A stretch of 64,000 nt of DNA from a virus (taxonomy: Duplodnaviria; Caudoviricetes): positions 1 through 64,000 of the IMG/VR virus record IMGVR_UViG_3300020046_010243; one strand, written 5' to 3'. Within the stretch, counting starts at the first letter, position 1. Every line of letters starts with the position of its first letter. This document shows, one piece after another, positions 35,555 through 45,568 of the stretch. The notes below the pieces were generated by a model that had not been told where the DNA came from, did not search any database, and was given only the letters and a program-made list of their open reading frames with translations. A program made the translations under genes and the position numbers.

Positions 35555-36300
35555 GCGCGCCGGATGCAGCTATACCCGACATGACAGAGTGCCCTTGGTG
35601 TCATTCGATCTTCGCAGCACAGCATCACCCGCCCGCCCCGCCCGCCCTTTGCCCGCACGGCAAAGACCGCGAACAGGTGAACTGTTACGCCTGCATCAAC
35701 GTACCGCCCGCCCCCGCTGCGCCCGCCGATTGGACCGATACGCGGGCACTATCGGGGATACTCAGCGTAGAAGAGAGGCAGCGACCCGCCCCCGCTGCGC
35801 CCGCGCCGACTCTCGAACCGTCACCATGCAAGGAGAATTGGGTCGAGCAGCAAGTAATGGCGTGCAATCCGCCCGCCGCCGTGCGTGCGGATGCCGCCGC
35901 GCACAGGTGGGCCTACAGTTACTTGCAGTCGCGGATGGAGAGCATCGACCGACACGGGTGGGCGCACGATTGTGATGGAGAGATTGAAGCGCGGATCGCC
36001 GCCCGCAGCGCAGGGGACGAAATGAGCGATCAAACAGCGTCCATCTGGTATTCGTGCAACGATAGCGAGTCCCGCTACGAGGCGCAGGTCCCGGCATTTT
36101 GGATCGAGCGCGGCGAGCCGTGGTACGACGATTGCGCCGAGCGATGCGCGGACGACTATCACAGCAACCACGACGGCTGGGAGTCGGTGTGGCCGCGCAC
36201 CTTCAAGCTTTATGCGACCGAGGACGGCCCCGCGCTGGCCGCGTTTGAGGTTGACCGAGAGGCCCGGCCCGAATTCATCGCGTCCCCGGTGCCGCTATGA
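35551..36300 (+). CDS. mosaic hypothetical protein (Cys knuckles, Pro/Ala linkers)
   Basis: CPWC, CPHG..CYAC, PAPAAPA repeats. Confidence 0.55.
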   Translation: MSAPDAAIPDMTECPWCHSIFAAQHHPPAPPALCPHGKDREQVNCYACINVPPAPAAPADWTDTRALSGILSVEERQRPAPAAPAPTLEPSPCKENWVEQQVMACNPPAAVRADAAAHRWAYSYLQSRMESIDRHGWAHDCDGEIEARIAARSAGDEMSDQTASIWYSCNDSESRYEAQVPAFWIERGEPWYDDCAERCADDYHSNHDGWESVWPRTFKLYATEDGPALAAFEVDREARPEFIASPVPL

Positions 36301-36536
36301 AGGCTGACCTGCGCGAACGGCTGATGGCGCTGGCTGATGACCGCGATAACTGCGGCCACGGGTATAGCTACAGCGATTTATGCCACGTCGCCCTAGCCGC
36401 CGCCCGGCTCGCGCTGGACGATGCGGCGCAGGCGTGCGAGGACCGCGCCAACGACAAACTGCCCAACCCGCTCTTTTGTCTTGGTGCGCGCCAGTGCGCC
36501 GCCGCTATCCGAGCCATGCGCGAGGAACTCAAATGA
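36297..36536 (+). CDS. hypothetical protein
   Basis: AAQACE...GARQCAAAIRA helical motif. Confidence 0.65.
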   Translation: MKADLRERLMALADDRDNCGHGYSYSDLCHVALAAARLALDDAAQACEDRANDKLPNPLFCLGARQCAAAIRAMREELK

Positions 36537-36724
36537 CACGCGACGACGCGACTGCTGTTGCTGATGCCATCATCGAAGTGGTGGCGGCGAAAATCAACAT
36601 GGATAATGCGGGGGCGATGCTGCCGCGTTACGTCCATGAGATTGAGGTGAAGAACTTCGTGCTCAAACGGGAAGCACTCATCAACAAGCTCAGCCGCAAG
36701 ACGCTGGGAACGGGAGGCATATGA
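36533..36724 (+). CDS. hypothetical protein
   Basis: GAGG RBS; coupled overlaps. Confidence 0.6.
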   Translation: MTRDDATAVADAIIEVVAAKINMDNAGAMLPRYVHEIEVKNFVLKREALINKLSRKTLGTGGI

Positions 36725-36951
36725 CTACAATCGACAGAGCGCATTGCGGACCACACAAAGCGACCTGCGCGGCGTGCAGGCAGGAGATTGGTGCATACGA
36801 GTCGAGGTGCTATGGTCCGACCGGCGCAATCCATGCCTTCGATCCGGCCCACTCGATCTACGGGAATAAGGATGCACGCCCGTGCAATCCTGCGGTGTAT
36901 CCAGAGGTCTTCGGCAGCGGGCTGTATCCGAATTACTACACGGACGGGTGA
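36721..36951 (+). CDS. hypothetical protein with CAAC
   Basis: GGAGG RBS. Confidence 0.6.
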   Translation: MTTIDRAHCGPHKATCAACRQEIGAYESRCYGPTGAIHAFDPAHSIYGNKDARPCNPAVYPEVFGSGLYPNYYTDG

Positions 36952-36979
36952 TGCGGTGCCGCAGAATCCCCGCCAGCCA

Positions 36980-37246
36980 ATGCCCCGTCCGCGCAAGACG
37001 GGCTGCGCTTACTGCGCGCGGGAGGTCCAGCCTCCCGGGTCGCTGAACTGCTGCGGATGCGGAGCGCCGCTTCGGTCGCCGATCCGGCCCACGCCTCCTC
37101 CGCACCGGGTCGTTTGCCAAGGCTGCGATGGGAAGTTTGCTTCATGCGCTCGCTGCGGCGGCTCCGGGCTCATCGAAGTCACTTCTTTTTTAAGCACTGA
37201 ACCAGAGTACCTCGAAATCTCGCAACCGAAAGGCATCAAAAAATGA
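36980..37246 (+). CDS. Cys-rich Zn-finger protein
   Basis: CAYC, CCGCG, CQGC, CARCGGSG. Confidence 0.55.
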   Translation: MPRPRKTGCAYCAREVQPPGSLNCCGCGAPLRSPIRPTPPPHRVVCQGCDGKFASCARCGGSGLIEVTSFLSTEPEYLEISQPKGIKK

Positions 37247-37812
37247 AGCTCACCATCGCCTGCGTGAACTACGGGGACTATCTGGGGATGGGCGACCGGT
37301 ACGTCGATGCATTGCGCCGCTCCGTCTCACGCCACCTGAGCCGCCCGTATGAGTTCGTTTGCCTCAAGGATGAAGGCGACTGGCCTGGGTGGTGGTCGAA
37401 AATCGAGTTGTTCCGACCGGGTCGGTTCAAGGGGCGCGTGGTTTTCTTCGACCTCGACGGAGTCGTCACCGGTAACCTCGACCGCTTCGTCGAAAACAAG
37501 GGGATTATCGACCTCGCCGACTGGGGCTGGACCACACATACCCTATGCTCTACGGTGATGGTCTGGGATGGCGACGAGCATCGACGCATCTTTGACGACT
37601 TCGATTGGGCGGTTCCGCAACTATATCGGGGCGATCAGGACTGGATCACCGCGATTGGCGGCTGGCAAATCCTACCGAAAGGGTTCTGCTGCTCGTATCG
37701 CTACCATGCCGTCCGGGGAATTCCGCGGGACTGCGTGCATGTTTCGATGCATGGGCGACCCAAGCCGCACGAAATTACCGAGGGCTGGGTCCCCGCGACC
37801 TGGGACAAGTAG
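37243..37812 (+). CDS. GT-A fold glycosyltransferase (GT8-like)
   Basis: WWSKIELF, FFDLDGVVTGNLD, STVMVW, GDQDWI, MHGRPKPH. Confidence 0.85.
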   Translation: MKLTIACVNYGDYLGMGDRYVDALRRSVSRHLSRPYEFVCLKDEGDWPGWWSKIELFRPGRFKGRVVFFDLDGVVTGNLDRFVENKGIIDLADWGWTTHTLCSTVMVWDGDEHRRIFDDFDWAVPQLYRGDQDWITAIGGWQILPKGFCCSYRYHAVRGIPRDCVHVSMHGRPKPHEITEGWVPATWDK

Positions 37813-37817
37813 TCGCG

Positions 37818-38177
37818 CTACCCGATCACGCCCGCAAAATTCGGCGGGTTCCAAGTGATTCCGCGAGCGCTGAGCAGCGCGACCGCGCGGTCGACCATCA
37901 ACTGCGCTGCGGCAGCACCCTCGGGATCGGTCGCGGGGTCGTTCAAAGCAGCGGAAAAACGCTCGAAATTCTCGTTGGCGACCTGTTCTAGCGACGCATC
38001 GCTGAGCGATTCGAGCGAGTCGGGCTCATGCGAGAGCGCAGGGGGCTTTTCCGCGCGGAATTCCGTGCTCTGCTGCGGTCTATGAACGATTTTCTGCTCC
38101 GGCGCCTCCGCAACCATTCGGTCGACATAGCTCGGCTTGCGGGGGAAGGTGCGGTTTTTATGCGGGGGCTTGTTCAT
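37818..38177 (-). CDS. hypothetical protein, last gene of the late operon
   Basis: GAAAGGAA RBS. Confidence 0.65.
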   Translation of the reverse strand: MNKPPHKNRTFPRKPSYVDRMVAEAPEQKIVHRPQQSTEFRAEKPPALSHEPDSLESLSDASLEQVANENFERFSAALNDPATDPEGAAAAQLMVDRAVALLSARGITWNPPNFAGVIG

Positions 38178-38207
38178 GGGGTTCCTTTCAAGCGGTCAAT
38201 GCGGCGC

Positions 38208-38726
38208 TCAGGGCAGCGGTCGCGGCAGTGAGTTCGGTTTGACCTTCTCAGCGCACCAGAGATCCGATGCGCTGACCGATGATCCATCGGGCTGCGGCAC
38301 CTTGACGTCGGGATACCAGACGCCATCTGCTCCGCCCTCGAACTTGATAAACGAGTAGGTCCCATCGGGGTTGCGCCGCTCCTGCACATTGGCGCCTCCC
38401 GATCCGCCGCCGCCATAAGCCTGCACGCGCAACGACGCCTCGCCGCCCCACTTCGCGACCGCCCAATTCTGCTCAGTCGGGGTCAGCAGCGTCCCCCATG
38501 CGCAGTTCTGCCCCACCGCTGCACGGGCCATGAAGGTGACTTCCGGATCCGTCGGGATCGGAGTGGGGTCGGGAGCGGTCGCCCAGTTCAGTGCGCCGGC
38601 CAAGTTACCGAAGGCGACCCACTCGGTCGCATCGATCACGACGGCACCGCCTCCGGGCGGGATGCGAAAGTAGATATTCGAGAACAGCGACGCATCGGCG
38701 GGGTTCGGGTGAAAGCATTTGGTCAT
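38208..38726 (-). CDS. hypothetical Gly/Pro/Trp-rich protein
   Basis: GGAG RBS; coupled start. Confidence 0.7.
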   Translation of the reverse strand: MTKCFHPNPADASLFSNIYFRIPPGGGAVVIDATEWVAFGNLAGALNWATAPDPTPIPTDPEVTFMARAAVGQNCAWGTLLTPTEQNWAVAKWGGEASLRVQAYGGGGSGGANVQERRNPDGTYSFIKFEGGADGVWYPDVKVPQPDGSSVSASDLWCAEKVKPNSLPRPLP

Positions 38727-38968
38727 CAGAAGTCTCCTAATGCACTGAGGTGATTGGAGTAGTACCGCACCGCTTCCTCATCGGCTTGTTTCTTGATGCG
38801 CGCATAGAGAGCAAGCAGTAGCGGGTCCTCGGAGTTCTCGAACTCCGCTACCAGGGTGAACGGGATCGTAACGCGCGATCCCGTTCCCCCGGTACCGCCG
38901 AAGGGCCGGCGGTAATCAAGCTCGCCGGTTAAGCGAGCCCGATCATAGACGACCCCAAGGTCAGACAT
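38726..38968 (-). CDS. hypothetical protein
   Basis: position in operon. Confidence 0.55.
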   Translation of the reverse strand: MSDLGVVYDRARLTGELDYRRPFGGTGGTGSRVTIPFTLVAEFENSEDPLLLALYARIKKQADEEAVRYYSNHLSALGDF

Positions 38969-38973
38969 GGCGA

Positions 38974-39315
38974 TCAGGGCGTCGGCGGGGTCGTCGGGAG
39001 TTGGTCGTCCGCTTCGTCTTCGGCGGCGGTGAGCTTGTCGAGCACCGACTGCGCGCGAGCAGCGAGCGCATCGATGTTGGCCTGCACATCGCCTGACGCC
39101 TTCAGGTCGATGACAGCTTGCGCGAGGCCTTTCAGCGTATCGGACGATTCGGTCACCTTCGCCTCGAGCGCTGCGATCTTGCTTTCCAGTTCGGTCAGAT
39201 TGTTCATGATGCGGACTCCTGTGCTGTTGAGGGTGGTGAGCGCGGTCACTATTTCCGCCAGTGCGCTCAGTAGCTGCGGCGGAACCTTGTGTTCGATTAT
39301 GAGGGAGAAAAGCAT
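38974..39315 (-). CDS. coiled-coil protein downstream of the lysin
   Basis: heptads LTELESKIAALEAKV. Confidence 0.7.
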   Translation of the reverse strand: MLFSLIIEHKVPPQLLSALAEIVTALTTLNSTGVRIMNNLTELESKIAALEAKVTESSDTLKGLAQAVIDLKASGDVQANIDALAARAQSVLDKLTAAEDEADDQLPTTPPTP

Positions 39316-39319
39316 GGGG

Positions 39320-40570
39320 CTACTCTTCGCGGTCGATGTTGCGGGAAGTCATCCCGATGACCGCTTTGGTCTGGTCGCTCGACTGCTTGCTACCATCGAA
39401 GCGGTAAGCGATGATTGCCAGCCAGCCCGTAACCGCGGCCATCAGGATCGGACCCGCGATACCGAGAAGTCCCGAGTCGATTTCGCGGTCGCCGGTCGTC
39501 GCTTGGAAGACCAGCGCGCCGATGAGCGAGAAGATGAGAGCGCAGAGCATGACGCCCGCGAAGCTAACGAGATACTTCGTCATATCCCAGAGCCCGGCCC
39601 TGTGCTCTTCGATGGCGACCTGCGAGGTCAACTTCTTGCTCGCAAGCTCGGCGTCCCACTTCGCCTTGTCGTAGTCGATAGTGCGGTCGAGCAGCGGCGC
39701 CAATTGCTTGATCCGTTCGCTCAGCGATTCGGTCGCTGCGATCTGCGCCTTCTCGACCATCGCGGGGTTCTGGCGCGCGACCGCGACCGCCTCGAGTTCA
39801 TCCTTCTTCCCGGTTTCCTTCATCGCGGATCCGAGCAGCGCCTCCGACAGGCTGTTCGCAAGCGCCTGGCCCACCCCAGGCGTATCGCTATGCTTGTCGA
39901 CCACCGCCGCCAACTGCTCCTTGATGAGAGGCTGGAACGCTTGGAAGAGGATGCCCGCTGCGGGATGCAGTAGGCTCAGAAGTCCGGTGACGCCAGTGAC
40001 GGTGCTAGGTTCCATCGCGGTGGTCTCCTTTGCGGTGAGTGCTTCGTAGTCGGTCGCGTTCTGCGGAAGCAAGCCTGCAGCAAGCCGCTTGCGCACTTGA
40101 TCGGCAGCCTCGAGCTTGGTGATATTGCCGTCGCGGTTCAGGTCCAGACCGCGGTTCTGGATATAAGCCTTGCCGCCATCATCCCGTATCAGCACATAGT
40201 CCCCAGGCTCGCCGATCGCTTTGGGCCAGAGGATCGCCATGTAGAGGTCGGGAAGGTTTCCGATCCTTCCCGCATACCCGTTTTGCACGAAGTACTTCTT
40301 CACCCAATCGAGTTGATCGACTGCGCTCATGCGCGCGAGCGCATCGACCGTCGTGCCCAATGCAATCGCGGTCTTGGGCATGAACTGAATCAGCCCGGTC
40401 GCGCCGCTTTGCTTGTTGCGTATCGCGGGATCGAAGGTGCCGCCGGTCTCGAACGCTATCGAGGCCATGAGGTCGGAAGGCTCCGCACCGATCTCGCCGG
40501 CGATGCGATGCACCTTCCCTCGAAACTCTGGGCTGACTTTCGCGCCCCATGCTAGTGGTCGAAGCTTCAT
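39320..40570 (-). CDS. SLT lytic transglycosylase endolysin fused to a holin-like membrane domain
   Basis: IAFETGGTF, ATGLIQFM, DLYMAILWP, NRGLDLNRDG; two C-terminal TM helices. Confidence 0.85.
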   Translation of the reverse strand: MKLRPLAWGAKVSPEFRGKVHRIAGEIGAEPSDLMASIAFETGGTFDPAIRNKQSGATGLIQFMPKTAIALGTTVDALARMSAVDQLDWVKKYFVQNGYAGRIGNLPDLYMAILWPKAIGEPGDYVLIRDDGGKAYIQNRGLDLNRDGNITKLEAADQVRKRLAAGLLPQNATDYEALTAKETTAMEPSTVTGVTGLLSLLHPAAGILFQAFQPLIKEQLAAVVDKHSDTPGVGQALANSLSEALLGSAMKETGKKDELEAVAVARQNPAMVEKAQIAATESLSERIKQLAPLLDRTIDYDKAKWDAELASKKLTSQVAIEEHRAGLWDMTKYLVSFAGVMLCALIFSLIGALVFQATTGDREIDSGLLGIAGPILMAAVTGWLAIIAYRFDGSKQSSDQTKAVIGMTSRNIDREE

Positions 40571-40583
40571 GTGCTCACCTCGG

Positions 40584-40928
40584 TTAAGGGGTATGACCTA
40601 ACTGTCGCAGCCTGCGCTCTAGTTGGTCAACCCGCTCGCGCAGTTCGATGGCTACGCGCTCAGCAGCATAGCGCGCATTTCGCTCCTCATCCAGAGCCGC
40701 AGACATTTCTGAGACTGACTCAGCTAGTCGCTCGACTTCGGTCCGCAACTGCTTTATCAGTTGGTCGTAGCCGCCGAGTACTTTGCCTTCGGCCTCATGT
40801 CCGCGTGCTGCGGCTTTGTCGTCGCGGCTATCCGCCTTGAATCGAAGCCAGACCTTCCAGAGAACTGAGCCGAGGAAAACGAGGCCGGCTAACCATCCTG
40901 CATTTTCGTCAATCTGCGGGAGATCCAT
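40584..40928 (-). CDS. TM-anchored coiled-coil lysis protein (holin- or i-spanin-like)
   Basis: one N-terminal TM then long heptads; directly upstream of the lysin. Confidence 0.55.
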   Translation of the reverse strand: MDLPQIDENAGWLAGLVFLGSVLWKVWLRFKADSRDDKAAARGHEAEGKVLGGYDQLIKQLRTEVERLAESVSEMSAALDEERNARYAAERVAIELRERVDQLERRLRQLGHTP

Positions 40929-41367
40929 AGCGCCGTTTCTTCGGGTTGGAGATGAAGGCGAACATCGCGAGTGCGGTGATTACAGTAACTCCGGCAAACT
41001 GTCCCGGGCGCAAAACGGTCATGCCCGAGGAGATAGCGAACATCAAGCTTGTCCAAGTATAAAGCCAAACGAGAAGAAAAACTCCATAGACTCCCGCACC
41101 GAGTATCAGCGGAACCGCGCGAAAAAGAAGCCGCAGAAAAGCGCAGATGGCGAGCAGTAGCAGAGAGGCAGCGAGAATATCCTCGCCTCGAGCGGTGAAG
41201 AAAAACGAAGACCCAGGCCAGCGCTCGAGTGCGCTCTCCTTCCAGAGCACGACGCCCGCCCAAAGCCCGGTTGCGATCGTCACGCAGATTTTTGCCAGCA
41301 CCTGACCCGAGTACTGGTAAGGATTGTCGAGCAACGACGCTACCATTTCGCAGGTTCTACATTTCAT
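40909..41367 (-). CDS. four-TM membrane protein (possible holin)
   Basis: four hydrophobic segments; lysis context. Confidence 0.6.
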   Translation of the reverse strand: MKCRTCEMVASLLDNPYQYSGQVLAKICVTIATGLWAGVVLWKESALERWPGSSFFFTARGEDILAASLLLLAICAFLRLLFRAVPLILGAGVYGVFLLVWLYTWTSLMFAISSGMTVLRPGQFAGVTVITALAMFAFISNPKKRRYGSPAD

Positions 41368-41378
41368 ATGTGGGTATC

Positions 41379-42146
41379 TCAGAAATTCGGAAATGGTGCA
41401 GTGGGCACGGCATAGTTCGTCGGACCATACCGGCACACTCCCTTAGTGACCCGAAAATCATCAGCATAGCCAACCAACGCCTCACCGTATGCATCTTGCC
41501 CGCAATAGAGTTGGCCGGTGGCCCCCGTCAGTGCCCCGAAGTTCCATGAGCCGATATAGTTGCCGTCTACGTGCAGGTACCAGTTCCGGAGAGTAGAGGC
41601 TACGGCGGCACCTTCTTGACAAAAAGAAATAAAATGCCAAGTAGCTGCACTACAAACCCCGTTGGCGCTAGTTATCCTGTAGCTGGAATCAGCAAAAAGA
41701 CTGACCTGCCCCAGTGAACGACATCGGACAATCGGCGACCCATCGTTCCATGCGAAGCAAACATTGGTGTCGCGCAGCGTATCGAACCAAAACCAGCCCT
41801 CAAGTGTATGCGCCAAGGTCCCAAAGCCGTAGTCAGCGATATTGGCAAGGTTCTGCGCACCGGAAGAAGTGTTCGGGGATCTAAGCGATGCGCCGCCCCA
41901 CTTGCTTTGCGTGGTGGAGATGGTGGCGGAACCGAGAACCGTGAGCGTGTTGCCGCGGGGGCACGAGTTAGTTAAAGTCGTGGAGCCATTCGATCCGTCA
42001 AAGTGCGCCATCTGAACGACGGAGGAAAAGTTTGGGTCGCCCCCGCCGCCACCTCGGTACGGATCAATAGTGAAAAAGCCTCGCTGCTGACGGCGCAAAG
42101 GTCGCGTAATGATCCTGCGATCCATCGTCAGTATCCGATTAGACAT
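41379..42146 (-). CDS. LamG/concanavalin-like tail fiber or receptor-binding protein
   Basis: HFDG.NGST, SKWGGASL, TLEGWFW, WHFI, GYADDFRVTKGV.RY...P.APF. Confidence 0.85.
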   Translation of the reverse strand: MSNRILTMDRRIITRPLRRQQRGFFTIDPYRGGGGGDPNFSSVVQMAHFDGSNGSTTLTNSCPRGNTLTVLGSATISTTQSKWGGASLRSPNTSSGAQNLANIADYGFGTLAHTLEGWFWFDTLRDTNVCFAWNDGSPIVRCRSLGQVSLFADSSYRITSANGVCSAATWHFISFCQEGAAVASTLRNWYLHVDGNYIGSWNFGALTGATGQLYCGQDAYGEALVGYADDFRVTKGVCRYGPTNYAVPTAPFPNF

Positions 42147-45100
42147 ACCACTAGCCCCTTTGCATTGCCGCCGACCGCATCGATGTCAACGGTGATCTCA
42201 GCATCATCGGCCAGCGACGCATCCGAAATTACCGCAGCGGTTGCGGCGGTAGTGCTGGTCAACTCGCCCCCGTCGATAGTGAGCTTAGTAGAGAGAATCG
42301 AACTGCCGCCTTCATTGATATCGACCGTGATACCTGAGACGGGACTGCCGGTGTCTGCTGTGGCGAGGGAGCAGCGCACCGCGGTCAGAGTCATCGCATG
42401 CGGCATACGGAAGACCGCCTTGCGGGTTCCCGGGGTCAGCGCAGTTGAAAGATCCGAGCAAGCGAACTGGATTACTTTCTTGATGCTCGGATTCGGGTAG
42501 CTACCTACGAGGTCTCCTCCCGCGCTCCCCGCTACCGCGAGCGACCACTCCCCGCACTCATTGAGGAAGTAGGTAGGGTCGCACCCAGGCGCATGCGGCG
42601 AAGGCACCAGACCAGGCGTCAGGACATTCGGGGAGCCGGTCGTGTTCTGTCCGTAGACCGGGAGATTTCCTGCAACGGTCTCGTAATAAGTCGTCGTCGC
42701 AATTCCGGTATTCGTGAACTCAATCGCGGATGCTGAAGAGAGCGCGGCGCCAAAGGTCACCGCCTTGTAGAGGAAAGGCTGGTTCAGTTCCGATTCAGGC
42801 GCATCGACGTTGACGAAGGGCACGAGGCAGAAGAGATCGCCCGCACCATGCCCAGTCGTGCCCGTGCCGAAACGCCCGCGCAGGAAGCCTCTCAGCAGAT
42901 ATGTCTCCGGCCCGATCAGGATAGCATCTCGAAACTGCAGCAGTTCCCATTGAATGACCGCAGGTGAGCCGACATAGCCTCTACTGATCGCGCAAAGGTT
43001 CCCGCCGTTCAGCAGCGCTTCCTCGCTGATGCTTTGCAGCGAGCCAAGTCGGGACGAGACGATCAAACATATCTCGGATTCGTCGATGACATCGCTACCG
43101 CTATGCGATGGGAGCGCGCCCGAGACTACCGGTGAACCCCCGGATGTCGTAGTCTGCCCGATTACTGTTGCAGAGGAAGTCGAGGCTACCGAGGAGTAGG
43201 TTGAGCCACCATCGATTGATTTGTATAGAGTCGCACCCGTCCATGCGCCCGCTACTGACGCCGGGTACATCGCAGCATAGAACCCGAAGGGCGCATGCGA
43301 CTGCGAAAGGATCGGGATATCGAGGAGGATCAGTCCAGTGGGCGCGAGGAGTCCTACGGGCGGTTGCTCAGCGAAACCGCCTCCGGTAGCGCCCGGTGCG
43401 CTTTGCGTGTAGAGGTCTGCGGCAGCAAGCACGCCGGTAAACTTCAGCACGCCGCCAGGGGCGAGGGATTTTGTCAGGATGCGAATTTCGCGCGACTGGA
43501 TGAGCACGATGTCGCACGGCACGAGTCGGTCCCACTTGCGAGTGAGAGACCACTCGAAGGTTTCGCGCTCGACTACCGCCGATGCAAGGAGGGCCGAGAC
43601 TTTTCGCGCGGCGTCTTGATCGGTGAGACCCACTGCTACTTCGATGGAGACATCCTGCTGCGATAGCGCGGACCGGCGCTCTTCGCGCTGCACTCCGGGT
43701 TGGTAGTCGGCCTCGATGTTGATGTAGGTCAGCGAGAGCGAGCGCGGGATCGTCTCTTCGCGCGCGCGAACGCAGAGCAGCGGATCCGGCGACTCGTCAC
43801 CAAACTCTCTCGCGCAGAGGTCGGCATCGGGGATTGCAATCGCGGTACCTAGCCCGAGCTTTCGGAAGACTATCTGGTCATCGCATTCGACTGCACTGAA
43901 AAAGTAGATGGGGCGTAGCGATGCAATCGCATTGCGCACCGTCATGTTCGATGCGATAGCGAACCATGGGACCTCATCATTCTCGAGTTCGACTACATCA
44001 TACTGGCTGGGAGAGCCCGCCAGAGAAGTCATGTTCGAGAGATCGGCTACGATGGTCGCGAGAGACTCGCCGGTGGGCGGCGGACGGAGCGAAATGATTC
44101 CATCATTGACGAGTACCAGCGGGGAATTTTCCAGCAATGAGACGTCACCAATGTACCCGGCCCCACCGTGGCCAACCGCCCCGATATAGGTCGCGGTCAG
44201 ATCATCGTTCAGGTAGAATGTGCCAAGTTGCTTGAATCCGGTGTTGCCCATATCGCAGGCAAGAATCAGGTCACCCTCATCCGTCTCATAGACGGTGAAT
44301 AGGAAGCCGTTGATGATGGCGCGCGCTGCGTTCTCTGCGCTCAGGTCCCAGACACGGCTCACCGTCAACCCCGGGGCGTCGAACTCAGTCAACTCTTCCG
44401 CGTGGCCATCCCAGAGGTACACCCGGTCAGGCGTGTTCGATGTAGCGATGACGAAATCCGACATGGAAGCGTTGCCGCCGCTCCCGTCCGCAAGCCCAAG
44501 ATCATAGGTGGCGATATATGGGCAAATAAGGCACTGGCCTGACATCGCAATAACTCGATCCGGCGCATAGTGACTATGGATATTTGCATGACCATTGATC
44601 GTGCTGCCTGACAGGAAGTATGCATAATCGGCATAGTAAACAGCGGATTGACCTGCGACCGCATCACCGCTGCTGCCATTGCCGTTGTCGATGCCCTCTG
44701 CGCCGCCGTGCTCAAAGGTGCTGAGCACTGCGCCGTCGCTGACTCCAAGGAAGTTCTGCAACGGCATCGTGAATGTCGTGCTGATGTAGCGGACGCTGCG
44801 CTTGCTCTCATCCTCTACGCCATGGATGCTGAAGTGACGCACCGTCAGGTCGGTGTAAGGCTTGCTGACGTCGTCATAGTCGGCAACCTGAACATCGCCC
44901 GCGACATACTGCACCGAGCGCAGCCGACCGGCGCTGTCGCCTATCGGCTCAAAAATGGAGACCCGCCAGGGGAACTCGCCGACTTCCGTGTATACCTCGA
45001 ACTCATACTGCGGGATCCGGTTGCCGAAGTCAGTCAAGTATTGATCGGTGAAGACGGCATGCGCGAACCCATTGTATGCCGGGACATTCCCAACGCCATG

Positions 45101-45568
45101 AATCGCCTCAAAGGTCGGGTCCGGCTCCTGGTCATCCCCGCCCTTGTAGAGAACGAAGGGGCAATCCTTCCCGTCATCCTGCGACCAGATGAGTCGGCCG
45201 TCCGCCCAGAGTCGTCGCACCCCGCGGATCGGGCCATGACAGAGAAGGATATCGAACGAGGCGCTGTACGTGTAGTTGCTGACCTCGGGACCGCCTTTGC
45301 CGCCGCTCGTCTCCTTATGCTCTTCCAGGTCCGTCTGGTCAATGACGTTGCCGGCCAGTCGTCCCGTACCCCAGACATAGGGAGTGATCCAACCGTAGGT
45401 CGAGCGCTGAAGTTTCAGGTCGCTTAGTCGGGGTCCTTCGACCTTGGGCGGATCGATAAGGTTGCCGACCAGCGTGCCCGCGAGCAGCCCGATCTGCGCG
45501 CCGATCGGACCGCCAATCGCATACCCGATACCCGCGCCGACAATCCCTAGAATCTGACCGGTAGACAC
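42128..45568 (-). CDS. GTA-like tail tip / host-specificity protein
   Basis: N-terminal G-rich segment, GPRLSDL..Q.STYG..P.VWG..RLAGNVI, FGNRIP, LRGFLRGRFGT. Confidence 0.9.
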   Translation of the reverse strand: MSTGQILGIVGAGIGYAIGGPIGAQIGLLAGTLVGNLIDPPKVEGPRLSDLKLQRSTYGWITPYVWGTGRLAGNVIDQTDLEEHKETSGGKGGPEVSNYTYSASFDILLCHGPIRGVRRLWADGRLIWSQDDGKDCPFVLYKGGDDQEPDPTFEAIHGVGNVPAYNGFAHAVFTDQYLTDFGNRIPQYEFEVYTEVGEFPWRVSIFEPIGDSAGRLRSVQYVAGDVQVADYDDVSKPYTDLTVRHFSIHGVEDESKRSVRYISTTFTMPLQNFLGVSDGAVLSTFEHGGAEGIDNGNGSSGDAVAGQSAVYYADYAYFLSGSTINGHANIHSHYAPDRVIAMSGQCLICPYIATYDLGLADGSGGNASMSDFVIATSNTPDRVYLWDGHAEELTEFDAPGLTVSRVWDLSAENAARAIINGFLFTVYETDEGDLILACDMGNTGFKQLGTFYLNDDLTATYIGAVGHGGAGYIGDVSLLENSPLVLVNDGIISLRPPPTGESLATIVADLSNMTSLAGSPSQYDVVELENDEVPWFAIASNMTVRNAIASLRPIYFFSAVECDDQIVFRKLGLGTAIAIPDADLCAREFGDESPDPLLCVRAREETIPRSLSLTYINIEADYQPGVQREERRSALSQQDVSIEVAVGLTDQDAARKVSALLASAVVERETFEWSLTRKWDRLVPCDIVLIQSREIRILTKSLAPGGVLKFTGVLAAADLYTQSAPGATGGGFAEQPPVGLLAPTGLILLDIPILSQSHAPFGFYAAMYPASVAGAWTGATLYKSIDGGSTYSSVASTSSATVIGQTTTSGGSPVVSGALPSHSGSDVIDESEICLIVSSRLGSLQSISEEALLNGGNLCAISRGYVGSPAVIQWELLQFRDAILIGPETYLLRGFLRGRFGTGTTGHGAGDLFCLVPFVNVDAPESELNQPFLYKAVTFGAALSSASAIEFTNTGIATTTYYETVAGNLPVYGQNTTGSPNVLTPGLVPSPHAPGCDPTYFLNECGEWSLAVAGSAGGDLVGSYPNPSIKKVIQFACSDLSTALTPGTRKAVFRMPHAMTLTAVRCSLATADTGSPVSGITVDINEGGSSILSTKLTIDGGELTSTTAATAAVISDASLADDAEITVDIDAVGGNAKGLVVCLIGY

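Noticed and set aside
37805-37825. Terminator at the convergence of the two arms
   Set aside because: Only a 4-bp stem and no U-tract.
40584-40928. Definite Rz/Rz1 spanin pair
   Set aside because: No lipobox-bearing o-spanin was found, so it is kept only as a low-confidence call.
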